Source: Camelus ferus
Lineage: Eukaryota
Assembly: GCF_009834535.1 (NCBI RefSeq)
Contig: NC_045697.1
Location: forward strand, 109,494,001 to 109,558,000
Direction: 5' to 3'
DNA length: 64,000 nt
The translations under genes were made by a program, and so were the position numbers. The notes beneath the pieces are model-generated. The model did no database searches. It was not told the origin of the DNA and saw only the letters and a program-made list of their open reading frames with translations. Of this stretch, positions 25,435-37,346 are shown piece by piece; within the stretch, counting starts at the first letter, position 1; every line of letters starts with the position of its first letter.

Positions 25435-28255
25435 CCCGTCATCTGGGGTGGATACTAAGTTCAGGAGGTCAATTCCCTTAAAAGGGGAAGGAGGGTGTGG
25501 GGATGTAGTGTTCATAATCGAATCTTTTCTAATACAGAGCTAGAAAGTGTATCTGGTAGAAAGCTATGGAGCGAGAAAGCTTAGGCAGAAATTAATATGT
25601 TATCAACTTGGCTTGGAGTTTCTCAGATACAGAGGATGGTCACTGGCCTTTGCTTGCACTTGCTTAAAATTGCTTCCTAAGGTAGCAACTAGAAATTTTA
25701 TGTGATCAGGACAGTTAGGCTCACTTACTCCTTGCAACTTCCTGCATGTTACCTCCTACAGATGTACTGTGGCAGCACTTGGTCTTGTCTCCCGAGCTGC
25801 TGAAAGATTTAGTTAGTTATGACAGAAATCAAGTTTAAATAATGCTCAAAAAAAACCCCATTAGGTTTACTTTACGGGTACAAACTGGAGGAGAAATGAA
25901 CTGCTTGTATGAGGTCAGGAAGCTTATTTCATACCTCTGTCTGGTCTGTCTGTTTCCAGGCTTGTGATCTTTCCACTGAACCACACTGCCTCTCGTTGGA
26001 AGCTTTAAATGATTATCTGTAAATCACCCAGAACAGCATCAACCCCCCAAAATCACAGGGTATAACTTTACTAAAGCACTCTGAAAAGGGCATTGTTTGC
26101 TATTTTGCCCCTCCCCTGCCTTTTCTAAAAGAGCTTATATTCAGGGAAAATGGCCAAAAGAAACACGTCCATTTTATTTGATCTTTTTTCTATGAACAGG
26201 GGCAAATTGTTAGCATTTGTTATGTTCTATAGATCGTAACTTGTTCTGCCTCTTAATGTGGATCCTGAGTTCGATCTCAGTTTTTTTGGAGTAACCAAAG
26301 AATGTGTCCATCTTGTGAAATAAACTAGGGTGCCTGTGAATAATTGTTAGGTTATCTCAATGTTTTTTGTAGTATGAGCTCATTTCTTTCCTTCTTGCGT
26401 GTGTCAATCCATATCTGACTTTTGCATTTTTCCTGCTCAGTGGAATTGGATTAAATGGCTCACTCTCTTCTGCTGAAACCAAGAGTGTTTATGTGATTTG
26501 TCCTCTGTCTAAATTCATGCTGGCTGGCTGGTCTGTGTCGATCACTGAGTTCACTGGAGAGAAGGGTGTACATTTCAGCCTCTCTGCTGTGCACGTGTGT
26601 CTGCTCTTGGGAAGAAAGTAGGCAAACATGAGGAATTAAAATTGCCTTTTTTCCCCCCATTTGTTTTGGCCTTTATGAAGTGAGCATTCCTAGCAGACAA
26701 GACATCACCATGACAGTGGGTTTAAGTGAGAATCTGAGGGTCCCCTGCTTTTACTGTCACCTTGGGCACCTGGGTTATTCCCCCTCCCTCAGTCAGGCTT
26801 TCTCCCCTCCAGTGCACATGCCACCCCTGCTGGTGAAGTCTTCTTCAACACAACTATTCGTTATTTCCCTGATCACTGCACTGGCCAGGTCTCCTGTTGT
26901 TTGCAGGATACAGCCCAAGCGCCTTAGTTTGGCATACAAGGTCCCTCATCACCTGGGTCCAGCTTCTTCTCCAGCCTCGGAGGTACCACCCCTGTCTTCT
27001 CAACTCTGGCCTCACAGACCGCTCGTCCCTGCCATCCCTTTTTACAGACTGTCTCCCCTTCATAAGATTTTACCCCATTCTAACTCCAGTTCTCCTTCTG
27101 ATTCTATCCGTCGAGACCCAGTTTAGATGTTACCTCCCCTGGATCCTCTCCAGGTACCTGGACAAGTCTCTGCCCTGGTCCCCCGGCACTTGGTGCAAAC
27201 CTGCTTTAGCACTCAGTGTCCCGGGCTGTCCCCACCCTGGTTCTTCCACGAGCTCTCTGGGTCCAGGCCTGTTTCTTTTTCATTTTTATAATCTCAGCAT
27301 CATCTTAGTGTTTGGTACACTGAGGGGAGCCCCCAGAGTTTTTAATAGGTGGATGAGTCAGTGGGCATCTGAGTTGAGAGCCCCAAATAGCGTATCTGCT
27401 CATTGTAGTATCAAGATTTGTATAACTTCACCTTCTCACCATACCAACCAGATGACCTTCAGCAGATTTACTACAGGGCAGGTGGTATTATTCTTATTTT
27501 AGAAATGGTAGAATTGTCTTAGAGTTTAGGTTACTTGGTGGAGATTGAGAGCAGAGCTAGGACTGGCCGTGCTGACTCAGTGTGCTTTAAATTTTCCGCC
27601 ATGTATAGTTCAGTGGGTTATGAGTTTCATATCTGTTGACTTAGTAATTCATGTTCCAGGAAAGATAAATGCAAATAATTAAATTTCTTTCTTTTGCAAC
27701 ATTTTTATAATGGCAAAAACAGTAGAAACAGATTAAAGGCTCAACAGTGGGGAAAGGATTTGATAAATTTAAGAATATCAACATAGAATTTTTAGTAATT
27801 GTCCCAAGTTACAATTATGATGCTAATGTAGTAAGGTCCAACAGGTGAACAGTTGAATATAAACTAGATCACACTCCGTGATTGTGACCGTCAAGTACCT
27901 GGCGGGACAGAACCGTGTACGCAGAATGGTGTTAGGCTCATGAAGAAGCAAGGAGTTTTATTTTTGAATGTTTTCTTTAGTGTTGTTTTGGATCCAGGTC
28001 ATTGAGGTTTGAAGAATGTTTACTTGGGCAAAGCAGAATATTTGAAGTTGGTGTTCTCTCAGAGTCTGGCCTGTAGGGTCACGACAGCAATAACCTTGTC
28101 TCAGAGAGTTACAAGAAGTTAACTCATTATTATTGGAGTCGTAAAATAGCATTTATTGTTAAAAATCGAATTATAAGGCAATTTGGGAAATAGAGACGTT
28201 TTCTTCCTTTTTTTCTTTTAAAACATTTAATTCATTATTTAAAAAAATTTATATC

Positions 28256-28277
28256 TTTTGAGGGGATCAATTAGGTT

Positions 28278-28337
<60 letters not shown>

Positions 28338-28418
28338 TTAATAGAGGTACTGGGGATTGAACCTAGGGCCTTGTGGATGCTAAGCATGCGCTCTACCACT
28401 GAGCTATATACCCTCCCC
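28256..28418 (-). mobile_element. vic-1-type SINE with an expanded internal (TTA)n microsatellite at about 28285-28336
   Basis: tRNA-like head at 28343-28418; pure TTA array in the linker. Confidence 0.9.
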
Positions 28419-29885
28419 TAATTTAATTTATTTTAATTTATTTTTTAACACCTTTATTGTGGTAAAGAGAGGTTTTATTTATTTATTTATTTAATCTATT
28501 TTTTTCTTTTTAAAACATTTAATTTATTTTTATTAATTTATTTTAATTAATTTATTTTTAACAGCTTTATAGTGGTAGAGAGGTTTTAAAGTTGGAGGGA
28601 AACTGGTGACACACAGTTCCACCAAGCAAAAGAGGTTTTGTGTGTAGCTCCCCGACGTGGTGTCATCTTATTGAATTCTCCCAAAGGGAGATCATGATTA
28701 TAAGAAATTGTAATGTAATTACAAGAAAACACAGGAAACCAGAGAAGTGAAAATTTAGAAACAGGCTGCATGACCACTGTCACACTCAGCAAAGGTGGCC
28801 AGGAAGAATATTCTGTCATCTCCTTTCTGTATTTTTCTGAGTGTGTATGTGATGAGGGGGCCCCTCCCCCGCCGCAGTGTCCTGTTACTGGGTGGTGTCC
28901 AGGCGAGATTATTTCTGGGTATTCTGTGTGCTATCTAAGACCGTTTGGACCAGGAGTTCCTGCCCTTTTAGGATTGGCACAGCCTTACTTTGGTGCACTG
29001 GTGCCGGGCCCTTGTTCCTGCCCGCCCGGGACAGGTGTTGGGCCAGGGCCAGCCTGTGCCTGCCAGGCTTGGGGTGGGCGCCCCACGTGGCCTTCCTGCT
29101 TCTTGCCTCCTTAGGTGCTGATCCCTGTCAGTCTGGAAGGGAAGCTGTAAAATCAGTGTGGGGAGGAGGACAAGGAACATTTCCAATCAGGGGAGAAATG
29201 AAAAGGGTCAGGTTTCTCACTCACAAATAAGTTGCAAAAGTCTGAACGAGGAGCCGGAGACGGAAACTAAAAACAGAGAAAGGTTAGAGGCTTCTGTAGC
29301 TGCCCTGTTTTACTGAAATCTTACATAATTAGTTAAGTGAAATAAACCAGCTTTCTGGGTGTGTGATCACTGAGGATTCCTGAAAACCTGGGTGGAATCA
29401 TAATGTGTTTAATCAAATTTATTTGCCTATGAGATGCTGTCTGATCTTCTTTGCATTAAAAGTTTAGGCTGTCAGACTCAGGAGAGTTATTCCATCTGTC
29501 AGGTAAATATATGCCATGACCTACCTGTCTACCTCTGAATATAGCTTTTAAAAGCAAGTAAGTTGCTTAAATACTAAATATTTCCTTTTTTTTTTTTTTG
29601 CCCCATTGGCACCTCCAGTGAGAATGATTCAGTGGAATGGGAGTTTGGGAAGAGATAAAGCGTTGCTGAGTGTAAGATAGGAAGGAAGTGGTGAAGACCA
29701 GGGTGAGATAGAGAATTGTGGGTGTGTCTGGGCGTGTTTCCCCCTCCGGTATTTTCTGTACCGAGTGGAGTCCCCTCCCCTGCATCACCCCTGTGGGCTT
29801 CTCCAAAATCTCTGCCCTCTTGGTAGAACAGAACAGTTTTCTAGGAGAGAACAGTTCCTTGGCCCCCCTTTTTTTTCAAGTTTCT

Positions 29886-30013
29886 TCTTTTGAGGGGGGA
29901 GGTAATTAGGTTTATTTCTTTTTTTTTTTTTTAGAGGAGAAACTGGAGATTGAACCCAGGACCTCATGCATGCTAAGCATGACCTCTGCCACTTGAGCTA
30001 TACCCTCCTCCCC
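29886..30013 (-). mobile_element. vic-1-type SINE
   Basis: Head plus tail; degenerate TSD cttgg(c/a)ccc(c/t)cttttt. Confidence 0.9.
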
Positions 30014-30300
30014 TCTTGGACCCTCTTTTAACTCAGCACTTGCTTAGTCCCTCTTTTGCCTCCTGGGAGAATTGACCAGCTCTTTACTGAAAACCCTGAG
30101 AGGCCCCTGTTGCAGCAAGGATAATATGCCAAAGCTTTTGTTTTGATATACGTGCTTTCATTTACTAAGACTCTTAGCTCCTTAAGAGCAGGAATTGTGT
30201 CCTAATCAACGTTTATTTTCTTATCACCTATGTAGAGCCTGGTCGTGTAACATGCAGTAAGGGAATGCTTGATAATTAAGTAAATGACCTTAATTTTGAA

Positions 30301-30384
30301 TTTTTTTTGGTGGCGATACTGGGGATTGAACCCAGGACCTCGAGCATGCTAAGCATGCGCTCAACCACTGAGCTAGACCCTCCC
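30301..30384 (-). mobile_element. Short vic-1-type SINE or tRNA-Ala-like retrocopy ending CCACCA-poly(A)
   Basis: 15-bp TSD agtaaatgaccttaa at 30279 and 30389. Confidence 0.88.
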
Positions 30385-30715
30385 TTTGAGTAAATGACCT
30401 TAAAAAGCAGGAAGTTATCATCTCTGCTATTGACAGAGTTATGAGGTTTGAATCTCTTTTGATGTCCTTCCAACATTCACTATATTGGGATATTCTAGAA
30501 ACTTTTGTTAAAAGTCTTGAAAATGCCCAATAAATAATGCCTCTCTTCCTTGGGTTCTGAGCCGATGAATAGATCAGGATCAGTAGCCAGAAAACTAAAA
30601 TGCCTTCTTTGTATCGTTACTGATAAGCCACATTCTCCTGTGTCAGCTGAGGTGAGAGAGAGTTGCTAACTCCTTGTCCCCTAGGTGGACCACGCCATGG
30701 TCCACAGAAAGGGAC

Positions 30716-31665
30716 TTTTTTAAAAATTGAAGTATAGTTGACGTACAATATTATGTAAGTTACAGGTGTACAGGGTAGGGGTTCAGAGTTTTTGAAGGTT
30801 CTGTTCCATTTATAGTTATTATAAAATAATGGCTCTATTCCCTGTGTTGTATAATATATCTTGTAGCTTATTTTATACGGAGTAGTTTATACCTCTTAGT
30901 CTTCCACCCTCCTCCCCTTCTCTGACCTCTCCCCACTGGTGACCACTAGTTTATTCTCTATATCTGTGAGTCTGCTTCTTTTTTGTTGTATTCACTAGCC
31001 TGTTGTAGTTTTTAGATTCCACGTGTAAATGATATCGGACAGTATTAGTCTTTCTCTGACTTATTTCACTTGTGAGCATAATACTCTCTAAGTCCATCCA
31101 CATTGTTGCAGATGGCAAAATTCCATTCTTTTTTATGGCCAAGTATTCCCATTGTGTATATGTGTGTATATATGAATGTACACATATACATATGTGTGTG
31201 TGAATATATATACACACACACATACATCACATCTTTATCCATTCATCTGTTGATGGACACTTAGGTTGCTTCCGTATCTTGGCAACTATAAATAACGCTG
31301 CTGTGAGCATTGGGGTCCATGTATCTTTTCAAATTTGTGTTTTCATTTTTTTCGGATATATACCCAGAAGTGGAATTGCTGGGTCATATGGTAGTTCTAT
31401 TTTTAAGTTTTTTGAGAAACCTCCATACTGTTTTCCACCGTGGCTGTGCCAATTTACACTCCCACCAACAGTGTACGAGGGCTCTCTTTCTCCACATCCT
31501 TGCCAGTATTTGTTATTTGTGGTCTTTTTGATGATGGCCATTCTGACAGATGGCAGGTGATATCTCACTGTGGTTCTGATGTGCATTTCCCCGATGGCTG
31601 TCAGTGTTGAGCATCTTTTCACGTGCCTGTTGGCCACCTGCATTTCCTCTTTTGGAAGGTGTGTT
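30716..31665 (-). mobile_element. L1 3' end with ORF2 C-terminus
   Basis: ORF-track peptides ANRHVKRCST...KIELPYDPAIPLLGIYPK and TMWMDLESIML are L1 ORF2. Confidence 0.95.
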
Positions 31666-32115
31666 TGAATCAAGGACAGACATCTGTACCCTAGGTGGAG
31701 AGAGAAGGAGAAAAGAAAAGCTCCCCGGATAGTCCCTGCCCTGTCACCCTGCCCGCAGCACAAGGTCATTGTCTGTCCCCCACCAAGAGGGGAGAGGTAG
31801 GCTTGGGGCGAGGGGGCAGGAGTATTTAGTGTTTATGTCCCTTATAACATCCCTTGGTTTTGTACTTTTGACCTGTGAGGCTCACCTGGTAAACCCATGG
31901 CCCTGCTTCTCTGATGGGAGATGAGCAGACGTCTAGTGGCCCTCCCTGCTCCTGCCTTCCGGAGCCTGTTCCTTCTCCCGCCAGTCCCGGTGGACTGGTG
32001 GATCCGCCGTGGACTGCTGGGGCGAGCTGGAAAGCTCTGTGATGGGTTATAATGATGCTTCATAATCTGCTCCAAAGCCACGCTATGCCCAAGGTTTAAA
32101 GTTCCTGCTCTCATC

Positions 32116-32256
32116 TGTTTCCCATCCCAGATTCTTTTCACGTATCCAAGACAGCTTCCCAGAGCTTTTGCGATGGGATCCAGTAACAGAATTAAGATAC
32201 TTCAATTTTTAAAAACCCAGCCTTAAAAGGATGCCGCAACACAGAGGTGTGGAGTG
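32116..32256. repeat. 141-bp local duplication, copy A (copy B at 33477-33617)
   Basis: Ungapped alignment, 124/141 identical by manual count. Confidence 0.95.
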
Positions 32257-32796
32257 TAGTGAATAAGAAAGCGACTTGTAAAACCAGACCACCTAAGTAA
32301 AAATCTTGGTTCTGAGTGATTCTGGCCGAGTTACCTAACCTTTTTATGTCTCAGTTTATCTATGGAACAGATAATAATAGCCCTCCCTCACAGGAGTGCT
32401 GTAGCTCTTGAATAAATTAATACGTGTCAGAAGCTTGGAACCTAGCATCTGGCACGTAGCCAAAGTGCATTTATCACTTAACTTTATAAAGTTTCTGTGT
32501 ATAAACCCTCTCCTGTTATGAAACTGTCAGGGAGAAATTGAAAATTCAGAGATTCAATTCCTGGCAAGACATGAAAGTTCAAGGCTCAGTCCCGTATCAA
32601 ATTATCTTGGCCTGTGAGTTAACATTCAAAGAATTTGAAGTCCTCCCCTATTCCTTTTTTTTTTTTTCTTTTTTTGGTCTTAGCCAGAGAGGTTCTCCAT
32701 GTCTGGTGCGGCTCCTCTCGCTGGAATCTGCAGGGCTTCCCTGGGGTTTCAGAAGTCCCAACAGTTCAACTCCAAGTCTCTCTTGAGCCTAGAATC

Positions 32797-33079
32797 TTTT
32801 TGTTTGTTTGTTTTGGTTTTGGTTTGTTTGTTTGGGTGAATTCATTAGGTTTATTTATTTTTTTTAATAGAGGTACTGGGGATTGACCCCAAGACCTCAT
32901 GCATGATGAGCACGCACTCTACCACCGAGCTATACCCTCCCCTCCAAGCCTAGAGTCTTTTTTTTTGGTGGGGGGGGGACTAGATCTATTTATTTATCTT
33001 TAGAGTAGGTACTGGGGATTGAACCCGAGGACCTTGTGCATTCTAAGCATGCACTCTACCACTGAGCTGTACCTTCCCC
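32797..33079 (-). mobile_element. Two tandem vic-1-type SINEs (32797-32942 and 32958-33079)
   Basis: Two heads and two tails; target motif agccta(g/c)a(a/g)tctt occurs three times. Confidence 0.92.
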
Positions 33080-33476
33080 TCCAAGCCTACAATCTTAATA
33101 GGACGCACAAGAATATTATATTATCAATCTTACATCCACTGACTTTGGAAAATGTGCCCCCCATCCCAGCCCTCAAGGCACTAATCCTGAGAGGAGTTGT
33201 TCCCAGGGCTTTGTCTTTGCCGGAGAGAGGGATGCAGGATGGAGAGAGGGCAGCACCTTGGTTTCAGCTTCAATTCATGCCCGTTGTTCTTAGTCCAAGA
33301 CCTTTGCCCTTAAACTCCATGGGCAGAGGTTGCCTGTGGGAGGAAGGGGTGGGCACTCATTTGAGGAGGAGGCTCTCGTGCAGGTCACCTCCTCTTCTTG
33401 GGGACTGGCACCTACCTTATTCTGGCGTCTGCCCTCAGCATCAGGACTTAGCGGTGGCGGCAGCCTTGTCCCCAGG

Positions 33477-33617
33477 TGTTTCCCATCCCAAATTCTTTTC
33501 ACGTATCCAAGACAGCTTCCCGGAGCCTTTGTGATGGGATCCACTGATAGGATTAAGATACTTCAATTTTAAGAAGCCCAGCCTTAGAAGGATGCCCCGG
33601 CACAGAGATGTGTAGTG
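33477..33617. repeat. 141-bp local duplication, copy B
   Basis: Direct repeat of 32116-32256, offset 1361 bp. Confidence 0.95.
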
Positions 33618-35529
33618 CCTGTCCTCTCCTTTCTGCAGGGAGCCCCTGTTTCTGGCACTTCTGTGCTGAGTGGTACCCAGGCTCTGTTTAGGGATGCAGC
33701 TCCTGCAGCATCTGCGGGCGGGCACGAGACCTGGAGACCTGGGCAGGACAGGGTTTCTGTTGCCTCTTACCTGGGACTCACTGAGGCTTCTGCAACCTGC
33801 TTCCTAGGGAAGGTTTTGCCTTTCCGTCCTGCGTGTTTCAAGTGGAGCGTTGTTCGCTGCAGATTCCTGGCAGGGAGCTACTGTTGACACTTGGGGAGCT
33901 GGGGTCCCATGGGGGTGACACCTTGGCCCCGAGCCACTCACTCCTCCTTTCTCTGCTGTCTGCGCTCTGCCTCCAGGTTGTACTTGTCTCCTGTCCCCTC
34001 TTCCTTTCAGGGAGGCTCAGATGAGTTTCTTGCTGTTTAACTAGCTTCTTTTGCTGGTCTCTTTTTTCTCTAACACTTGTAAGCTGCTACTGTTTGCTGG
34101 ACTGTGCAATCCTTTTTTTTTTTTTTCCCCAACCTTTTCCTTTACTTTTTGGTCTGTATCTATTTTTTTTTTCCCTCTGGGTGTTTCTCTAGACATTTTC
34201 TTGAGTTCTCCCAAAGCAAGGGAGATCCAGTTGATAACGTCCTGGGTCGGCTGTATCCCTGCTGTGGAGACTCTTACACTGGAGACACTCTCCCATTAGA
34301 CGCACGTGTTAAGTCACGGCTGGGGTCAGTCCGTCTTGTCCTGCTGGCTTCCCCTTTAATGGGCTTCCTCGTTGCCATGTCTTCTCTTAGACTGAGTCCG
34401 GATTCCACAAACTTCTCAAGCATGTTCCCTCAGGGCGCAGGCAAGGACCGTGTCCCCGGGTGCTGTGCTCTGAGCATCCTCCTCTGATCCTTGCTCTCTC
34501 CCAGCCTGTCCGGAGGTGCGGTAGCCCTTGGTAGAGCTGTCTCAGTCTTTGGAGATGCACGTAGGTCCTCTCCTTGGAGATTGCTCTTACTGTGGGTTCT
34601 GAACCTGGCTCTAAAAGTGTGTTTCTCCAGAGTTCCTAGCACTGAATCCTGATTCCTTCTGGAGGAGCAGTTCCAGTCTGTGGAGATCTTGTTTGTCTGT
34701 CTTTTTGGATTTTTTTTTTTTTTTAAAGCTCAAACAAGCACAAAGCGACAGCTCTCTCATTTCAGTTGGATTCCAGGCTTCAAGATCTCCTTTCCTGTTT
34801 CAGCTCTGTCTGGTTTTTCCTGAAGACATCAGCTTTTCTCTCTGTCTCCGGCTTCATCAATCTGCTTCTTTTTTTTTTCCCCCCCTCCTTCCTCTTGTTC
34901 TAAAAGGAAGAATAGAATGCAGTTTCCTCCTATTAGGAAAAATGACAGGGACCTTTTTTGTTGTTTTGTTTTGCTTTTGATTTCTTTTCTAACCTTCCAA
35001 CACCTCTTGGATTTCCGGAGTGAGTCTGATTTTTCCAAGGGTAGCCCTTAGTGGTGGTTGTCTTTGTGCTGGCAATAATTTTGTCAAATTGCTTCTCTGA
35101 CTCAACCCAAGATGACAGCATATCTCCTTAATAAGAATACCCTCATTGCTTCTTTCTTTATAAAATCTGCCTCTTGTCTGTGTAGCTGTCACTTTGGACC
35201 TGGAAAATCAGAAGCGGCTGTTAGCACCTAGGTGATGAATGAATTTAGAGCTGGTGAGTTGGAGAGGAACTTTTGAGTCTGTGGCCCAACCACGTGAATT
35301 TAAAGCAAACCCTTGCACATTTCCGACTCTTGGCCATGGAACAGGATTTGGAGCAGCCTGTCTACATTGGTTGCCTGGAGTTGGACCCAACACAGTTTCT
35401 TTAAGATCTGGCTCTAGAAGCAGCGGATAGTATTCTGGAAGCTTTATTTTGAGGAGAGCCCTGACGGGGACATTTTTCTGTTTTTGTTTTCTTTTTCTTT
35501 TTTTCTTTTTGCCCCTCTCTTTTCCCTTT

Positions 35530-36125
35530 CTTTTCCTGTGGTAAAATACGCATAACACGAAATTGACCATTTTGACCGTTTTCAGATGTGCAGCCCAGCA
35601 GCATTCATTATACTCACGTTTTTACACCACCGTCCACCTCCAGAACTTTTTCATCCGCTCAAACTGAAACTCTGTCCCCATTGAACAGTAACCCCTCGTC
35701 ACCCCCCTCCCCTAAGCCCCTAGCAACATTATTCTACTTTCTGTCCCTGGCTTTGACTGTTCTGGGTCCCCCCATGAGTGGAATCTTACAGCCTTTGTCC
35801 TTCTGTGACTGACTTACCTCCCTGAGCATGGCTTCAGGGTTCATGCGTGTTGCAGCACGTGTCAGAATTGCCTTCCCTTGGAAGCCTGAAGAATTATGCC
35901 ACTGTTTGTATATCCTGAGTTTTGTTTATTCATTCATCCATCCGTGGATTTCGGGATGTTTCTACTTGGCTACTGTGTTACTGCTGCTGTGAATATAGGG
36001 GTCCAAATACGTGTTCGAGCACCTCCTGTGACTTCTGGGTGTATGCCCAGAGGTGGAATTGCTGGGTCATGTTGTAATTCTGTGTTTAGTTTTTGAGGAA
36101 CCACCATCCTGTTTTCCACTGCAAC
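35530..36125 (-). mobile_element. Old L1 (L1MB-like) 3' end
   Basis: tgtggtaaaatacgcataacacgaaattgaccatttt...cccagaggtggaattgctgggtcat...ttttgaggaacc. Confidence 0.85.
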
Positions 36126-36333
36126 GCCCTTTCTGTCCTAGCCTCCTCCTTGCCATGACTGCTTAGGTCAGGGCTGTGCTGTGTGGCTCAAGGTCAGACC
36201 ACGGCGGCTGGCATAACAGAGCCCGAATTTGTGCCGTGCCGAGCCGGGCGCAAGGGCTGAGCCAGGCCTGCAGGGCCCACTTGCCGTTTGCTTGAGGCCC
36301 AGCATCACCCGACAATATAAAAATAGCCGCTTA

Positions 36334-36471
36334 GGGGGAAAGTGTAGCTCAGTGGTAAAATGCATGCCTAGCATGCATGAGGTCCTGGGTTCAATCCCCA
36401 GTCCCTCCATTAAACATAAATAAACCTAATTACCTTCCTGCCCCCCCCCCCCCAAAACAAAACAAACAAAA
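36334..36471 (+). mobile_element. vic-1-type SINE
   Basis: Head plus taaacctaattacc tail; TSD aaaatagc(c/t)g. Confidence 0.92.
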
Positions 36472-37191
36472 TAGCTGTTTGCCTTTGGATAGAGCACTTA
36501 TGCGCTGCATGACCGACCAAGGTGGAAGCTCTCACTGCTGTCCTGAAACTGCTGGCCAGATTATGGTTGTTGAAAGCCAGCTGCCCAAGTGTAAAAGCCA
36601 GGGTGTTGCCCAACATGGACCACTGCCCCTCAATCCAACCGGAAGTCCTGGTATCTCAGGGTCCACTCCATCTCCAGGCTGCTGTCTTGTCTTTCACAGT
36701 TTCTGGCACATTTCAGGGGGTGGGGGCAGGTGGGAGATGGTGTGCAGTAAAGGACACTTCTCCCTTTTTTTGGGTTCTGAACCAATTATAAAACAAGACG
36801 AGAAGAATTTGAAGCATTTAAGAAAAAAAAAAATCCCTTGTCTTGGAAACCAAAGGATTGGGGAAGAGGAGTTTCCGTTCTGACAACTTTGATGTGGGGG
36901 GAAATGCTTCTGAGAAGCATTTAAATTACTTGTTGAGGAATTTTCCTAATTTAAGGCATAAAGTGCAAATGAACAAGTAAAAAGAATGCTCCCTTTTGAG
37001 GGCCTGCTTGAAGGCCCTGGGATTGGCGTGTGTATCTCATTTAATGCTCGTAACGTGACTTGTGAGTTCCTGAACTCTTGTGTTATCCAAGAGGAAGCTG
37101 AGGCTTGGAAAAGGTGGGGACTCTCCCCAAGGTTCACAGCTGGGGCCTTATCTTGAGTCTGGGTTGACTGCAAAACCACTTGGCCACACTG

Positions 37192-37346
37192 CCTTTTCTT
37201 CCTTCCTTCCTTCCTTTCTTTCTTTTTTTAATGGGGGGAGGTAATTAGATTTATTTATTTATTTATTTTAATGACGGTCCTGTGGCTGGAACCCAGGACC
37301 TTGTGTGTGCTAGGCACGCGCTCTGCCACTGAGCTAAACCCTCCCC
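37192..37346 (-). mobile_element. vic-1-type SINE with (TTCC)n tail
   Basis: TSD acactgccttttct. Confidence 0.9.

Noticed and set aside
31329..31769. 146-aa ORF, and similar ORFs at 56417-56740, 23325-23507 and 53731-54015
   Set aside because: Fragments of L1 ORF2, not host genes.
32116..32190. Peptide CLGYVKRIWD resembles my recollection of the ANXA2R N-terminus (FLGCVKRAWD)
   Set aside because: The similarity covers about 10 residues and does not extend; probably chance, and not verifiable without a search.
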